64,000 nucleotides of DNA from Vulcanimicrobiota bacterium (GTDB lineage Bacteria > Vulcanimicrobiota > Vulcanimicrobiia > Vulcanimicrobiales > Vulcanimicrobiaceae), in the NCBI GenBank assembly GCA_963714015.1, contig OY970223.1, positions 352,001 to 416,000 on the forward strand. The letters run 5' to 3'. The notes beneath the pieces are model-generated. The model worked only from the letters and a program-made list of their open reading frames with translations. It did not search any database and was not told where the DNA came from. A program made the translations under genes and the position numbers. Positions 10,254 to 20,675 of this stretch are shown here, piece after piece; the stretch's first letter is position 1, and each line of letters opens with the position of its first letter.

Positions 10254-11198
10254 ATGCTGTACACTTCACGCATCTCTGCCATGCTTGCCGCCGCTGCGGC
10301 TGCCGCCGCGCTCGGTGGCTGCGCGGGCGGTTCGCAAAGCGCGCTGCCCTCCCAGTCCACATCGTTCTACGCCGTTCGCCGGGCGCAAGCGGCGCCGTCA
10401 GGTCCAAAGGTCTTCGTTTCGGATTTTGGATCGAACGTCGTGCGCATCTATCCCGCCGGCGTCGCTAGTCCATCCCCGATAGGGTCCATCGATGAAGGCA
10501 TCGCCGGGCCCGACGGATTGGCCGTCGACTCAAAAGGTACGTTGTACGTAACGAATTCTTCGAACAACACGCTTACCGAGTATCCGGCCGGAGTGACGTC
10601 GCCCAGCGTAACAATCTCGAATGGGCTGAGCACCCCAACCGCAGTTGCGGTCAGCACGAACGGAACCGTCGCGGTCAGCGAGTTTCCCGCCGGCACGATC
10701 GTCGAGTACAAACCGGGTGCAACCTCGCCGTCGGTGACCATGACGCTGCTGACGTACCCGGAAGGCTTGGCCTGGGACAGCAAAGGCGACCTGTACGCCG
10801 CTTGGAACGTCAACAACGGGAACGGTTTGACCGGACATGTCAGCAAGTGCGAACATCTGAAAGCCGTGTGCCTGGATCAAGGCATCGCAGCGGGCCAGAG
10901 CGGCGGACTTGCCATCGACAGCGCGGGAAATATCGTCCTCGGCGATCAAACCAACTCGGCCGTGAATGTCTACGCACCCGGTAAAACCTCACCGCTGCGT
11001 ACGATCAGCGTGACGGGACACGATCCGGCTAAATTCGCGTTGAACCTGAGCGAGAAACGCCTATACGTCTCGGACATCGAGAACAGCATCGTGGTAACGT
11101 ACGCCTACACGTCGGGTAAGCCAGGCTTTGTAATCCAGAACAGCCTCACTTCCGCAACGGGCGTCTCCCTCAGTCCCGCAGCCAAGAACGGACCCTGA
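10254..11198 (+). CDS. NHL/SBBP-repeat beta-propeller lipoprotein
   Basis: LGGC lipobox; repeats such as PDGLAVDSKGTLYV. Confidence 0.8.
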   Translation: MLYTSRISAMLAAAAAAAALGGCAGGSQSALPSQSTSFYAVRRAQAAPSGPKVFVSDFGSNVVRIYPAGVASPSPIGSIDEGIAGPDGLAVDSKGTLYVTNSSNNTLTEYPAGVTSPSVTISNGLSTPTAVAVSTNGTVAVSEFPAGTIVEYKPGATSPSVTMTLLTYPEGLAWDSKGDLYAAWNVNNGNGLTGHVSKCEHLKAVCLDQGIAAGQSGGLAIDSAGNIVLGDQTNSAVNVYAPGKTSPLRTISVTGHDPAKFALNLSEKRLYVSDIENSIVVTYAYTSGKPGFVIQNSLTSATGVSLSPAAKNGP

Positions 11199-11290
11199 GC
11201 TATCGGGTAATGCATTAGTACCAGCTCACTCGCGGAAATAAGTCCCACCGCTTCTTGAAGGGCGGCGCCACCGGATCCGGTTAAGCCTGA

Positions 11291-12802
11291 GTGATGGCCC
11301 GGTCGGATCCGGCGCGCTCCGATTATTGCGCATCGCGCCATCTGCTTCGGAATTTGAACCAACCACGCCGCCTTCGGCGCAATCCGTTGGCCGCGGGATT
11401 TTTTGCAGCTGACGACGACCATAGCGCGCTCGCGCGCATCAGGCATCGGATTTCTCGCGCCTTCGACGTCATCGATGCGTTTGAAGCGCAGTATGCGCGC
11501 CGGGCCGCGCGCTGGGTAACGATTCTCGTACGCGTCGACGTAGAGCGCCACGATCCAAGTGCCGTCGCTTCGGATTTGGGTCTATCGATCCGTCAGTTTC
11601 ATCGCGAGCGGCGCAATGCTCACGACCGGTTCATCGCCGCCTACCGCACGACGCAATCGCAACAAACACCTATCTTGGTGGAAGACAAGTTTGACGGCCG
11701 CTTATTGCAGCGAGCCGTCGCGCTGGCCGACTCGGGTGAAGTTTCTTCGGCTCAAGCTATTCTGCTGGACGTTGCGCGAAGCGCCGACGACGGCACCCGC
11801 GTCGAGGCCCTCGCGCAGCTCGCCGAATCGGAAACCTGGGGACACCGCCTCGAACGCGCCCAGGCGCATCTAAACGATGCAAAGGCCCTGTTCGCGCGGG
11901 CTAATTTTTCCACCGATCAAGAACAGCGCTTGCGCGACGTTTTCGAAGCAGCGGAACTGCGCCTGCGCTGGTTTCGAAACGGTCCGGGATCTTTGCACAA
12001 CGGCCACAAGGAGCGGCGGCCGGGCGCCCACGTCACGCTTCTGCAAGCCGCGGCCCTCCTTCGCACCGGCGACGCGCCGCACGCCGCGGCGCTGCTCCAG
12101 AACTCCGAGGTTGAATTCGGCGCACTGGATGCGGCGAGCAGCGTCGACTTGCTCATCCTGCGGGCCGAGCTCGCCGACTTCACCGCCGAAGCGCCGCTGC
12201 TCAGCGAGGTGCTCTTCGAACGCGCGATCTCAACTGCGCAAGCGAATGGTCTGCATGGACGTGAACTCTACGCGCGTCATCAATCGCAGATCACGCGGTG
12301 GGCACATACGCGCAACGCCGCAGACCGCAGCGCGTACCGGGCACTCGTCGATAAGATCGACCGATCGCTCTCACCTCGTTTGCGATCCTACTTGACTTTT
12401 TCGGCGGCCGACATCGAGTCTGCGATCGGCAATCCGCAGCGCGCCCTGGACATGGCGGCAGCTTCCGCGTTGGTATCTACGAATGCGTACGAAACCATAT
12501 CGGCGCACGGCCTCGCCGCGGGTGCCCTTCTACGTTTGGGAAGGGTCGCCGAAGCGGGAGCCCAAGCCGCTTCTTCCGCGCATGCCGCGCGAGCGGCAGG
12601 ATTTGCGCGGATCGTTTCGCTCTCCCAGCGGATCAATGCGCAAGCGCTGTTTGCGGAAGGAAACCGGCGTGCCGCGCGCGGCGCGATCGAGGAATCGATC
12701 GAATGCGCGCGGCACTTTTCCAGCGCTCATGCTCTTGCGCAAGCGCAGGCCGTCCTGGCGCGGATAACCGGCAAGATCCGCTCCAAAGAGATTCCAATCT
12801 AA
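11291..12802 (+). CDS. Hypothetical regulator-like protein (N-terminal HTH-like segment, TPR-like helices)
   Basis: AVASDLGLSIRQFHRERR HTH-like segment followed by Ala-rich helical repeats. Confidence 0.55.
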   Translation: MMARSDPARSDYCASRHLLRNLNQPRRLRRNPLAAGFFAADDDHSALARIRHRISRAFDVIDAFEAQYARRAARWVTILVRVDVERHDPSAVASDLGLSIRQFHRERRNAHDRFIAAYRTTQSQQTPILVEDKFDGRLLQRAVALADSGEVSSAQAILLDVARSADDGTRVEALAQLAESETWGHRLERAQAHLNDAKALFARANFSTDQEQRLRDVFEAAELRLRWFRNGPGSLHNGHKERRPGAHVTLLQAAALLRTGDAPHAAALLQNSEVEFGALDAASSVDLLILRAELADFTAEAPLLSEVLFERAISTAQANGLHGRELYARHQSQITRWAHTRNAADRSAYRALVDKIDRSLSPRLRSYLTFSAADIESAIGNPQRALDMAAASALVSTNAYETISAHGLAAGALLRLGRVAEAGAQAASSAHAARAAGFARIVSLSQRINAQALFAEGNRRAARGAIEESIECARHFSSAHALAQAQAVLARITGKIRSKEIPI

Positions 12803-12812
12803 CGCGACGGCC

Positions 12813-13811
12813 TTAATCCGCGCCCGGAACGATCGCGATCCCCTCAACGTCGGCTCCGGAATCTAGTCCGGAAGAGTAACTGTAGAGATACGTTATGCCG
12901 CCCAGGCCCGCGTACTTGTAGACGTCGACTTGTCCGTATTCAAAGTCCGCAACTTCGAGCGTCGAGTCCGGCGCGTTGACTCTTCCGTACACCGATTGGC
13001 CTTTGAGCGCAAACGGACCGTGAGCCGAACATTTGCTCGGGCATCCGCTATAAATCCATAGAGCGCCGGCGGACGTGTCGAACGCTAGAATATTGCCATT
13101 CCCATCGATCTCTAGACCTCCGGGAGACGAATTGTGATACGCAGCAATGCGCACGCCCGGCCCGGTGCCGTTTTTCCAGTAGACGAGAGCAGCGCCGGTT
13201 CCCGACGCATTGGCGCGGCCGCTGGCATAGACGCTGCCGCCCTTATCCTCAGCGACTCCGAAAAGTTGACCGCCGATCGCCGGATTCGAGAGCACTGCGG
13301 TACATCCGGAAGCCAGGCTGCAAATGGAAACTGTGCCGTAGTGCTCTTTAGTCGCCTGAATGTTGCCTACGTATATGGTTCCCGTTTTCGCGTTGCGGCT
13401 GGCAGCGTCGGACGGTTGCCCGTCTTTATCCGGGAACGCGCCAAGCTTGGGTCCGCAGGCGCCGGGACCGCGAAAAACCTTGACGGTTCGGCTGCCGCCG
13501 TCGGGGTCTATCAAATCGCCGGACGCATCAGCCGCAACGTTGACGACGTAAGAACCGGAGATCTGACAAACGGGCGGCAGATTTTGACGCGTCTTCCAGT
13601 AGTCGTAGCCTTCGATCGGCGTATGGTTGTAATACGCCGCGACGTAGACTACGTTTTTTATATCGAACGGGGCGGCCCGGTACCACGCAGGCCGTTGTGC
13701 CTTCGCGTGCTCGTAGACTGGCTGTATCGGAAGCGGCGCGGGGGCGCTTTGCGCGCACCCCGCAATCACCGCTGCTGCGCTGAGGTTAAAGAGGAGGGCA
13801 GCCGGTTTCAT
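12813..13811 (-). CDS. Secreted beta-propeller lipoprotein
   Basis: IAGC lipobox; VAADASGDL and GLEIDGNGNIL blades. Confidence 0.75.
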   Translation of the reverse strand: MKPAALLFNLSAAAVIAGCAQSAPAPLPIQPVYEHAKAQRPAWYRAAPFDIKNVVYVAAYYNHTPIEGYDYWKTRQNLPPVCQISGSYVVNVAADASGDLIDPDGGSRTVKVFRGPGACGPKLGAFPDKDGQPSDAASRNAKTGTIYVGNIQATKEHYGTVSICSLASGCTAVLSNPAIGGQLFGVAEDKGGSVYASGRANASGTGAALVYWKNGTGPGVRIAAYHNSSPGGLEIDGNGNILAFDTSAGALWIYSGCPSKCSAHGPFALKGQSVYGRVNAPDSTLEVADFEYGQVDVYKYAGLGGITYLYSYSSGLDSGADVEGIAIVPGAD

Positions 13812-13819
13812 CCGCTCGT

Positions 13820-14842
13820 TTAGCGCGGCGCTGCCGGATCGAAGGCGATCCCGTACGGAATGGCGTTGCTCGACCAGCCGTTCGTTATCGTGTCGACCAG
13901 TGCGCCGGTCTTGTAGTTATAGCAAACTACGTCAGGCGTGTTAGGGTTCGCGTACGCTACGCAGACTTTATATTCGCTTGCGTCGAACTGCGGTTCGTTG
14001 CCGAACGCGTTGATCTGACGCACCGGACCGCTAGTGTACGGGGGCGCCCAAACGCCTAGAGTGTTCGAGAGCGTCTCCATCACCAAGTTCTTCGAGGTGT
14101 CGAACGTGATGTCGCCGAGGTTGGCGTCCTGAATCGCAATCGCTTTGCCCTTACTCGAACCGGCCGCAAACTTCATCAGCGCCGGCGGGCCACTCGTAGG
14201 GATGTAGGAGACGTACACGTTGTTCTTGGCATCGACGCCGATGTTCGTGACGATCTCGAACGAAGGATCGGTCAGCGTTGCCGTCGGCGTTGTACTGCCA
14301 TGCGCCCATACCGTGATGTTTCCCGGCGGCCCCGTCGTACTTTCCGCATTCGCGGCATACACGGTGTTGTTACTGTCGACGGCGACACTGGTGGGATAAT
14401 AATTCGGATCGCTCAGCGTTCTAAACGGCGTCGTCTCGCCGCGCTTAAAAGCGACGACGTTGAACGCGTTGGTGTTCGCAACCCAAAGACGATGGTATTT
14501 GTCGACGGCGACGCCTTGTGGACTGGTCAAGCCGCTCGTCAACTGTCCAATCGGGGCTTGATTGTTGCCGCCGGCCGGATAGATGTTGACGAAGCCGCCG
14601 TTGTACGAGGCCGCGTAGAGAATTGGTTTGAGCACGGCTTCGTGAGAGATCCAGCCCGGGTTGCTCGAAGACGGACGAACCATACCGCCGAAGCGATACA
14701 CGGCTCCGCCGGCCTGCACGACGTGTTCGCCTCGCGCGGCCATGCTGTTTCCGCCGGCGGATCCGGGCGAAGGGGTAACCGTAGACGCCGCCGAGCAGGC
14801 GGCTAGAAGAATGACGCCCGCGCTTAGAATGGCAAACCGCAT
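13820..14842 (-). CDS. NHL-repeat beta-propeller lipoprotein
   Basis: ATG 14842 after GGGAGG; LAAC lipobox; PQGVAVD and PTSVAVD repeats. Confidence 0.8.
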   Translation of the reverse strand: MRFAILSAGVILLAACSAASTVTPSPGSAGGNSMAARGEHVVQAGGAVYRFGGMVRPSSSNPGWISHEAVLKPILYAASYNGGFVNIYPAGGNNQAPIGQLTSGLTSPQGVAVDKYHRLWVANTNAFNVVAFKRGETTPFRTLSDPNYYPTSVAVDSNNTVYAANAESTTGPPGNITVWAHGSTTPTATLTDPSFEIVTNIGVDAKNNVYVSYIPTSGPPALMKFAAGSSKGKAIAIQDANLGDITFDTSKNLVMETLSNTLGVWAPPYTSGPVRQINAFGNEPQFDASEYKVCVAYANPNTPDVVCYNYKTGALVDTITNGWSSNAIPYGIAFDPAAPR

Positions 14843-15050
14843 GGCTGACCTCCCAGAGTGATGAATCGTCTGGCGCTTTTGCAAGCATGCGGGCCGGCGG
14901 CCTTCGGCTACTTCAAACCAAGGCGAATTTTGGCAGAAAGGTACTCTTTCGAAAGCCCTTGTCCACCGGAAGGGGCCGCAAGGACTAGGCGGCTTTAGGA
15001 CTCGGGGACTTGGCCGCCGGCCGGTCTCGAACTATGGTAATTGGGAGGTT

Positions 15051-15419
15051 ATGCCGACGTATCACGCCACGTTCACCACCGATCCGCGCAGTGTCGTGCT
15101 CGCCCGCAATGCGATCGGACGATTCGCGCGCATCTGCGGTTTTTCGGAGCCGGACGTTGCCGATATTCGCTTTGCAGCAGGCGAGGCGCTCATTGCTTCG
15201 GCCGAGAACAGCCGCAGCCGCCGCGGCGGCGGTTTTTCGGTCCACTGCGCGTTTGAGTGCGACGAGTTGCGTGTGGAGATCCAAGAGAGTCAGACCGGTC
15301 AAATCACCGCCGGAGCCAACTCTTACGGCACCATCATCATGCGTTCGCTGATGAACGACGTTTCATATTCAAAAGGCGGCACCCGCGTCCGCCTCGTGAA
15401 GAAACTCGAGCCCGTTTAA
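15051..15419 (+). CDS. Anti-sigma factor-like ATP-binding protein (RsbW/HATPase_c_2-like, degenerate)
   Basis: DIRFAAGEAL...YGTIIMRSLMNDVSY...GTRVRLVK; GGGAGG RBS. Confidence 0.7.
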   Translation: MPTYHATFTTDPRSVVLARNAIGRFARICGFSEPDVADIRFAAGEALIASAENSRSRRGGGFSVHCAFECDELRVEIQESQTGQITAGANSYGTIIMRSLMNDVSYSKGGTRVRLVKKLEPV

Positions 15420-15426
15420 GCTCTAC

Positions 15427-16780
15427 TTATCTGACGGCGGCGATCTTTTTCGTCAGGATGTTCAGCGCCGCCTGAAGCTGCGCGTCGTGTCCGAGTTCGC
15501 CGTACCGCGCGTCGTTGTTCTCCGTGACGCTGAAGTCGGGAACGATTCCCTTGAGATTGATGTCGCGGTTTTTCGGCGTGAGATAGTGCGCCGTCGTGAT
15601 CTTGATTGCAGCACCGTCCGAGAGGGGCGTCAGCGACTGCATCACGCCTTTGCCGAACGTCCTCTCGCCGACCAGCACGCCTACGCCGTCATCCTGGAGC
15701 GCGCCTGCGGTGATCTCAGAGGCTGATGCGGTATTGCGATTGACCAAGATGGCCATCGGTTTGCGCGGCAGCGCATCGCTCGAAGCGTCGATGGTCGTGC
15801 TGTGATCGCCGCGCTCTTCAATCGTCAGAAGCGGATCGTCGTTGATGAACTTGGAGCTCGATATCCAGCGCCGAGTTCACATAGCCGCCGCCATCGTCAC
15901 GCAAATCGAGTACGTACGCGCGCACGTTCGCTTTTTCCAAACGATCCAGCGCGAGCGCAAACTCGTCGGGCGTATCCTTTCCGAAAGCCAGAATCCAGAT
16001 GTAGCCGACCTGCTGCGGCAACATCTTGAAAATGACCGTCGGAGGCTGCACCTGGGAACGGGTGATCGCAAGATCGCCGGCTGATTTCCCGTCGCGCTGC
16101 ACGACGATATGCACCGCAGTTCCGGTTTCGCCGCGCAGAAGCTTGGTAGCGTCGTCGCTGCTCAAGCCTTTGGTAGATTTACCGTCGACGCTGACCAGCA
16201 AATCACCCGATTGCAATCCCGCGCGTTCCGCCGGCGTTCCCGGGACGACGTAGTAGGCGCGAATGAATTTTGTCGTTTCGTCCGGCTGAATGAGCACGCC
16301 GATACCCGAAATCTTGTCAGGATCCAGCGCTTCATTAAACTCTTTGTACTCGTCCGGTGTGAAGAACGTGGTCCATCGATCGCCGACGGCCTTGGCCATG
16401 CCGTCGATTGCATCGTATGTCAATGCCGTCGCGGACTCGTGGGTTTGGGTTTGAACGGTCTCGATGGCCGCAGCGATCTCGTCGACGTCTCCGTCAACCG
16501 CTCCACTGTCGTGAAAGGCCGGGAAAGCGATCTTGACGCCCTTCTTTTGGGCCGCTTCCTGTAATGCAACGCGGGCGCCGTCGAGCAGTTTTTGGGAATC
16601 GATCTTCGAGTAGTAGGTCGTTGAGAGCAGCTCGAAACTTCTTTGAAGATCGTCCGCGGGCGCCTGTACCGAATCGGCCGGCGCAGCCGCGGCCATAGCC
16701 GGCAGTGCCAAAAGCACGGCCAGCGCCGTCGCAAACCGGCGGAAATACCATTGCATCAGGGAAGAAAACCTCGCTTTCAC
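15427..16780 (-). CDS. ctpA: S41 carboxy-terminal processing protease (frameshift near 15860)
   Basis: PDZ domain (GIGV...PAERAGL), LDLRDDGGG, TASASEI and TFGKG. Confidence 0.85.
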
Positions 16781-17183
16781 TTTCCTTAGGTCATCGACAT
16801 TTCGCCCCTGGACGGTATAAATACCCCGGGCGAGCAGGCAGTCCTATAACGAAGAACTCCCCGGCTCCATAGTAAACGAAAAAATGAACCGGTGCATCAC
16901 CGCCGCATCAAACACTGTCAAAATTCGGTTCGAGCGCCGGAGCACCGCTTGGGGCCGCCCGGTCCAGCAGATGCCGAGCGGGCGGCAGCATCGACGCCGG
17001 GGCCCGACCGGTTGGTAAAATGCCGAGAAAGGTGAAGTAAAACGGCACCTGCCCCCTCCGCTCCGGAAAGCTGGTAAATCGGCATGTCCCTGATCCGGTC
17101 TACAAGGCGAGTCTTCGTACGAACGCAGCGACGGAAACGATTACGTTTTGCTGGCGGAAGTGCCAAGGCCGATTAGCGGACGT

Positions 17184-18329
17184 ATGACGCGGGGTGCGGC
17201 ATTTACGTCCGAAAAGCGCGCTTCCGCGGCAGCGTATGCAGCCGCCGTTTTGCTGCTCACCGGTCTTTTGCTCGCCGCCTGGCAATTCTTCACCATCGGT
17301 AAGAGCGTTCTGCGCCAGGCCGCCTATGCCGACTCGCTGGGCGCCGCGCAAGGTGCGCTTTTGCAGTTGATCAACGAAGAAACCGGCGTACGCGGTTACG
17401 TGGCGACCGGCGACCAGCGGTTTCTGCAGATATTCTATGACTCGCGCCGGCCGTTGACGATCGCTACGTTGAGCCTCGGCCGTACCATGCGCGACGATCC
17501 TAGTGCGCAAGCGACGTTCGCGCGCTATTTTCAAGATCGCCGCCGGGTTGAAGGCTTTTTTCGGTCCGAAATCGGCTTGGTACAGCGTGGGCGGCAGGGT
17601 GTGGCGCTACGCCGCCTGAGCCGGGGGAGATTGTTTTTCGATCAGCTTCGCCGCGACGACGCTGCTCTTCAAGCGCTGCTGACCGGCCGCCTCAACGCGC
17701 AGCGGCGGTCCACGCTTCTGCTCTCGCGATCGGGTGAGAGCATCAGCCTCATCGTTTGCGGCGCGGTCGTCGTGCTGCTGGTCGCGTTTATCTTTATCGC
17801 CGAACGGTCTCGAGCATACCGCGCTTCTTCTTTGCGTGACCAGCTCACCGGCGCGGGCAACCGCGAACGCGCGCTCACCAAACTTCAGACACTGGTAAAG
17901 CAACGAGACGCAAAGCCTTTCGGGATCGTTTTCGTCGATCTGGACGGCTTCAAGAAGATCAACGATCGCTACGGGCACGCAGCGGGGGATGCGATTCTGA
18001 AAGCGGTCGCATCCAGAATGAGAGGCGAACTGCGCGAGGACGACGTCGTCTGCCGGATGGGCGGCGACGAATTTCTGGCGATCGTCATCGATCCCGGCGA
18101 GGCGGAGGGCCTGAACGCCATCGCTCGACGGCTGCGCAATGCGGTGAAGCGGTCGTACACGTTCGAGGGGGACGAGTACGTCATCGGATGCAGCATGGGC
18201 ACGTGCCGCTTTCCGCAAGACGAGCGCACCGTCGACGGACTACTGGAGCGAGCGGACGTTGCGATGTACCGTGCAAAGGTCGCTGGGGGCGGCGTTCAAT
18301 CAGCAAGCCCGAGAGCTGAATCGGCGTAG
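17184..18329 (+). CDS. CHASE3-GGDEF diguanylate cyclase
   Basis: TM-CHASE3 (ETGVRGY)-TM; DLDGFKKINDRYGH; RxxD I-site and GGDEF. Confidence 0.9.
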   Translation: MTRGAAFTSEKRASAAAYAAAVLLLTGLLLAAWQFFTIGKSVLRQAAYADSLGAAQGALLQLINEETGVRGYVATGDQRFLQIFYDSRRPLTIATLSLGRTMRDDPSAQATFARYFQDRRRVEGFFRSEIGLVQRGRQGVALRRLSRGRLFFDQLRRDDAALQALLTGRLNAQRRSTLLLSRSGESISLIVCGAVVVLLVAFIFIAERSRAYRASSLRDQLTGAGNRERALTKLQTLVKQRDAKPFGIVFVDLDGFKKINDRYGHAAGDAILKAVASRMRGELREDDVVCRMGGDEFLAIVIDPGEAEGLNAIARRLRNAVKRSYTFEGDEYVIGCSMGTCRFPQDERTVDGLLERADVAMYRAKVAGGGVQSASPRAESA

Positions 18330-18569
18330 CATCCGATCGGGCGAACATTAGCCTGAGCTAAATTGATTGCTCGTGTCGCAACGAAGTCTTAATCTTTCGC
18401 ATAGGGCACAGTAAGAGCTGAGGCTTATGGCCTATTGCGCCTCTTCGGCACGGATGCAACGCTTTAGCGTACTGCTTCAGAGGCAAATTAAGTCGTCTGA
18501 ACCGTAACTCTGCTTTGGACATATAGTCGTTGGAAACGATTACTACACTCTGCTAGGAGGGGTTTTTCC

Positions 18570-19748
18570 TTGAAACGTTTTGCGCTTTGGACCGGCGTCG
18601 CGTCATGTATGGCGTCGCTGGTCTTGTCGGCGTGCTCGGGCGGTAGCCCGCAATCGCCGATTTCGACGCTGCCCCAGACTTTGGGATCGCGTCAAGTTCA
18701 GAGTTCCGCTGTCGACAGGAGCTCGATGCATCCGTATTACACGGTGCTGCCGCCCAAGAATGTTGACTACGACGCGCTCATTCATGGCGCCTCGACCACG
18801 ATTCCGTACTTCACGGCAAAGATCAAATCGCCGCTCGACGGTAACACGTACACCTACTCCATCGCCGGCACGAATCCGAGCACGAACAAAGTCTCGACCA
18901 ATCTGGTGTACGTTCCGATCGTCGCCGTGATCAAGTTCCCGGGCGGCGTTACGCTCGACCCGACGAAACCGGGCTGCAACGACAGCGTCTCCGTCTCGGA
19001 CCGCTTCTACAAAGGGCCGAATTTCGTTCCGACAAGCCTATCCTCAAATGGCGTGAACGTCGGCAAGGTTCAGATCAACGACGGCGATATGCGCGCGCAG
19101 TGGTGGAAATTGGTCCAGGGAAGCAACTATCACCTGGTTCTCAAGGCGTCGGTCTCGTCGCCCATCGTCGTCAACCTCACGGCTCCGTCCGGCTCGACGA
19201 CTCAGGCCGGCGTCTGCTCGGGCGCCAGCCACGATTTGGGTGAAATTCCGATCAACGCTTACGACTCGCTGGTGCAGTCGCTCGCGACCAAATACGCCAA
19301 GGTGAACCAAGTGCCGCTGGTACTTTCGTACAACGTCGTAGAGACGGAAGGCGGCTGCTGCGTCATCGGTTACCACAGCGCGTTCGGCCGCAGCGGCGGC
19401 ACGCAAGTGTACTCCGTCGGATCGTACATGGATCCGGGCTTCTTTAACGTACCGATTGAAGACATCCACGCATGGACGCACGAGATCGGCGAGTTGATGA
19501 ACGATCCGTTCGTCAATAACGGGACGCCCGCATGGGGCCACGTCGGTCAGGTTTCGGGCTGCCAGAACAATCTGGAAGTCGGCGACCCGCTTACCGGCAT
19601 TCCGTTTATCAAGAAATATAACGGCTTCACGTACCATCCGCAAGAACTCGCATTCTTCGATTGGTTCTTCCGCACGCCGGCCGAAGGCACGGGCGGCAAG
19701 TACTCGTTCAGAGGAACATTCACGACCGCGCAGGGCGCTTGCAACTAA
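18570..19748 (+). CDS. Secreted lipoprotein with HExxE-x3-DP motif
   Basis: LSAC lipobox; GYHS...HEIGELMNDP...EVGDP; AGGAGG RBS. Confidence 0.7.
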   Translation: MKRFALWTGVASCMASLVLSACSGGSPQSPISTLPQTLGSRQVQSSAVDRSSMHPYYTVLPPKNVDYDALIHGASTTIPYFTAKIKSPLDGNTYTYSIAGTNPSTNKVSTNLVYVPIVAVIKFPGGVTLDPTKPGCNDSVSVSDRFYKGPNFVPTSLSSNGVNVGKVQINDGDMRAQWWKLVQGSNYHLVLKASVSSPIVVNLTAPSGSTTQAGVCSGASHDLGEIPINAYDSLVQSLATKYAKVNQVPLVLSYNVVETEGGCCVIGYHSAFGRSGGTQVYSVGSYMDPGFFNVPIEDIHAWTHEIGELMNDPFVNNGTPAWGHVGQVSGCQNNLEVGDPLTGIPFIKKYNGFTYHPQELAFFDWFFRTPAEGTGGKYSFRGTFTTAQGACN

Positions 19749-19765
19749 CTGTCGCGTAGACAAAG

Positions 19766-19798
19766 AGAGCCGCGGCGCTGCGTCGCGGCTCTTTTTTT
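19766..19798 (+). terminator. Rho-independent terminator
   Basis: AGAGCCGCGGCG-CTG-CGTCGCGGCTCT followed by a T run. Confidence 0.85.
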
Positions 19799-19807
19799 CA
19801 TACCCCT

Positions 19808-19870
19808 AACTAATATTTTAGTTGACAGGGCCCGCCGCGGATGCTACTATCTACTAAACCTTTAGTAGAT
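19808..19870 (+). promoter_or_regulatory. Sigma70 promoter flanked by two ACTAA-N4-TTAGT operators
   Basis: TTGACA (19822-27), 17 nt, TACTAT (19845-50); dyads at 19808-19823 and ATCTACTAAA-CC-TTTAGTAGAT at 19849-19870. Confidence 0.75.
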
Positions 19871-19903
19871 GAGCGGGTTCGGCTTGAAAGCGAGCGGAGC
19901 GTT

Positions 19904-20674
19904 ATGAAACGTTGGGCATTTCTGGTTGTCATGGGGACGCTGATCTCCACAGTTGCGCCGGCGGCGGCACAGACGACGCTGCAAGGCTCGTGGTCCATTA
20001 CGCCTTCGGGACAAGCCAACCGCGTACGATTCGAGCTTCGCACCGTCGATGCGGACGGATCCAAGCACAGCGAGAGTTCTGATACCAGGTCCCTGAGTGA
20101 CCTCGGCCTTGCGCAGTCGCAGCTGGATCGAACCGGATCGCCGCTCAATTTTACATTTCGGCGAGAGGCCGGTGAAATCGCATGCACCGGTACCGCTTCG
20201 CGAGGCAGCGGCTTCGGGCACTTCCTCTTCACCGCAAATCCGCGGTACGTTCAAGAGCTGCGGCGTCGTGGGTACTCACTCGATTCGCCGCGGTTGCTGT
20301 TACCGGCAACGCTGCTCGACATCTCGACGGAGTACATGGATTCAATAGCTGCGGCGGGCTTTACTGACGTGAAATTCGGCAACCTGATTGCTTTCAGGGC
20401 GCTGGGTATCGATGCATCGTATATTCAGTCGATGCGCAAGCAGATCGCCGGCGTCGATAGCAAGACCATCGTTCCGCTGCGTGCTCTCAACGTCGACAAC
20501 ACGTACGTGAACGAAATGGCATCAGTCGGCTACAGCCACCTCACCGCCGGCGAGCTGATCCAGATGCGCGCGCTCGGCATCGACGCTGCATTCGTTCGGC
20601 GCGCGCAAGCACACGGGTTCAAGAACCTGACGGTACAGAAGCTCGTCCAAGCCAAAGCGATGGGCGTTCTGTAG
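19904..20674 (+). CDS. Secreted protein with short helical repeats
   Basis: Signal peptide AAA-Q; repeated LIx(F/M)RALGID-x2-(Y/F) units. Confidence 0.7.
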   Translation: MKRWAFLVVMGTLISTVAPAAAQTTLQGSWSITPSGQANRVRFELRTVDADGSKHSESSDTRSLSDLGLAQSQLDRTGSPLNFTFRREAGEIACTGTASRGSGFGHFLFTANPRYVQELRRRGYSLDSPRLLLPATLLDISTEYMDSIAAAGFTDVKFGNLIAFRALGIDASYIQSMRKQIAGVDSKTIVPLRALNVDNTYVNEMASVGYSHLTAGELIQMRALGIDAAFVRRAQAHGFKNLTVQKLVQAKAMGVL

Positions 20675-20675
20675 G

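Noticed and set aside
16781..17183. ncRNA or small ORF in the ctpA-DGC intergenic region
   Set aside because: No convincing RBS, motif or structure
18330..18570. Possible c-di-GMP riboswitch after the diguanylate cyclase
   Set aside because: Only a weak imperfect hairpin; the conserved GEMM elements are not recognisable (an Rfam search would settle it)
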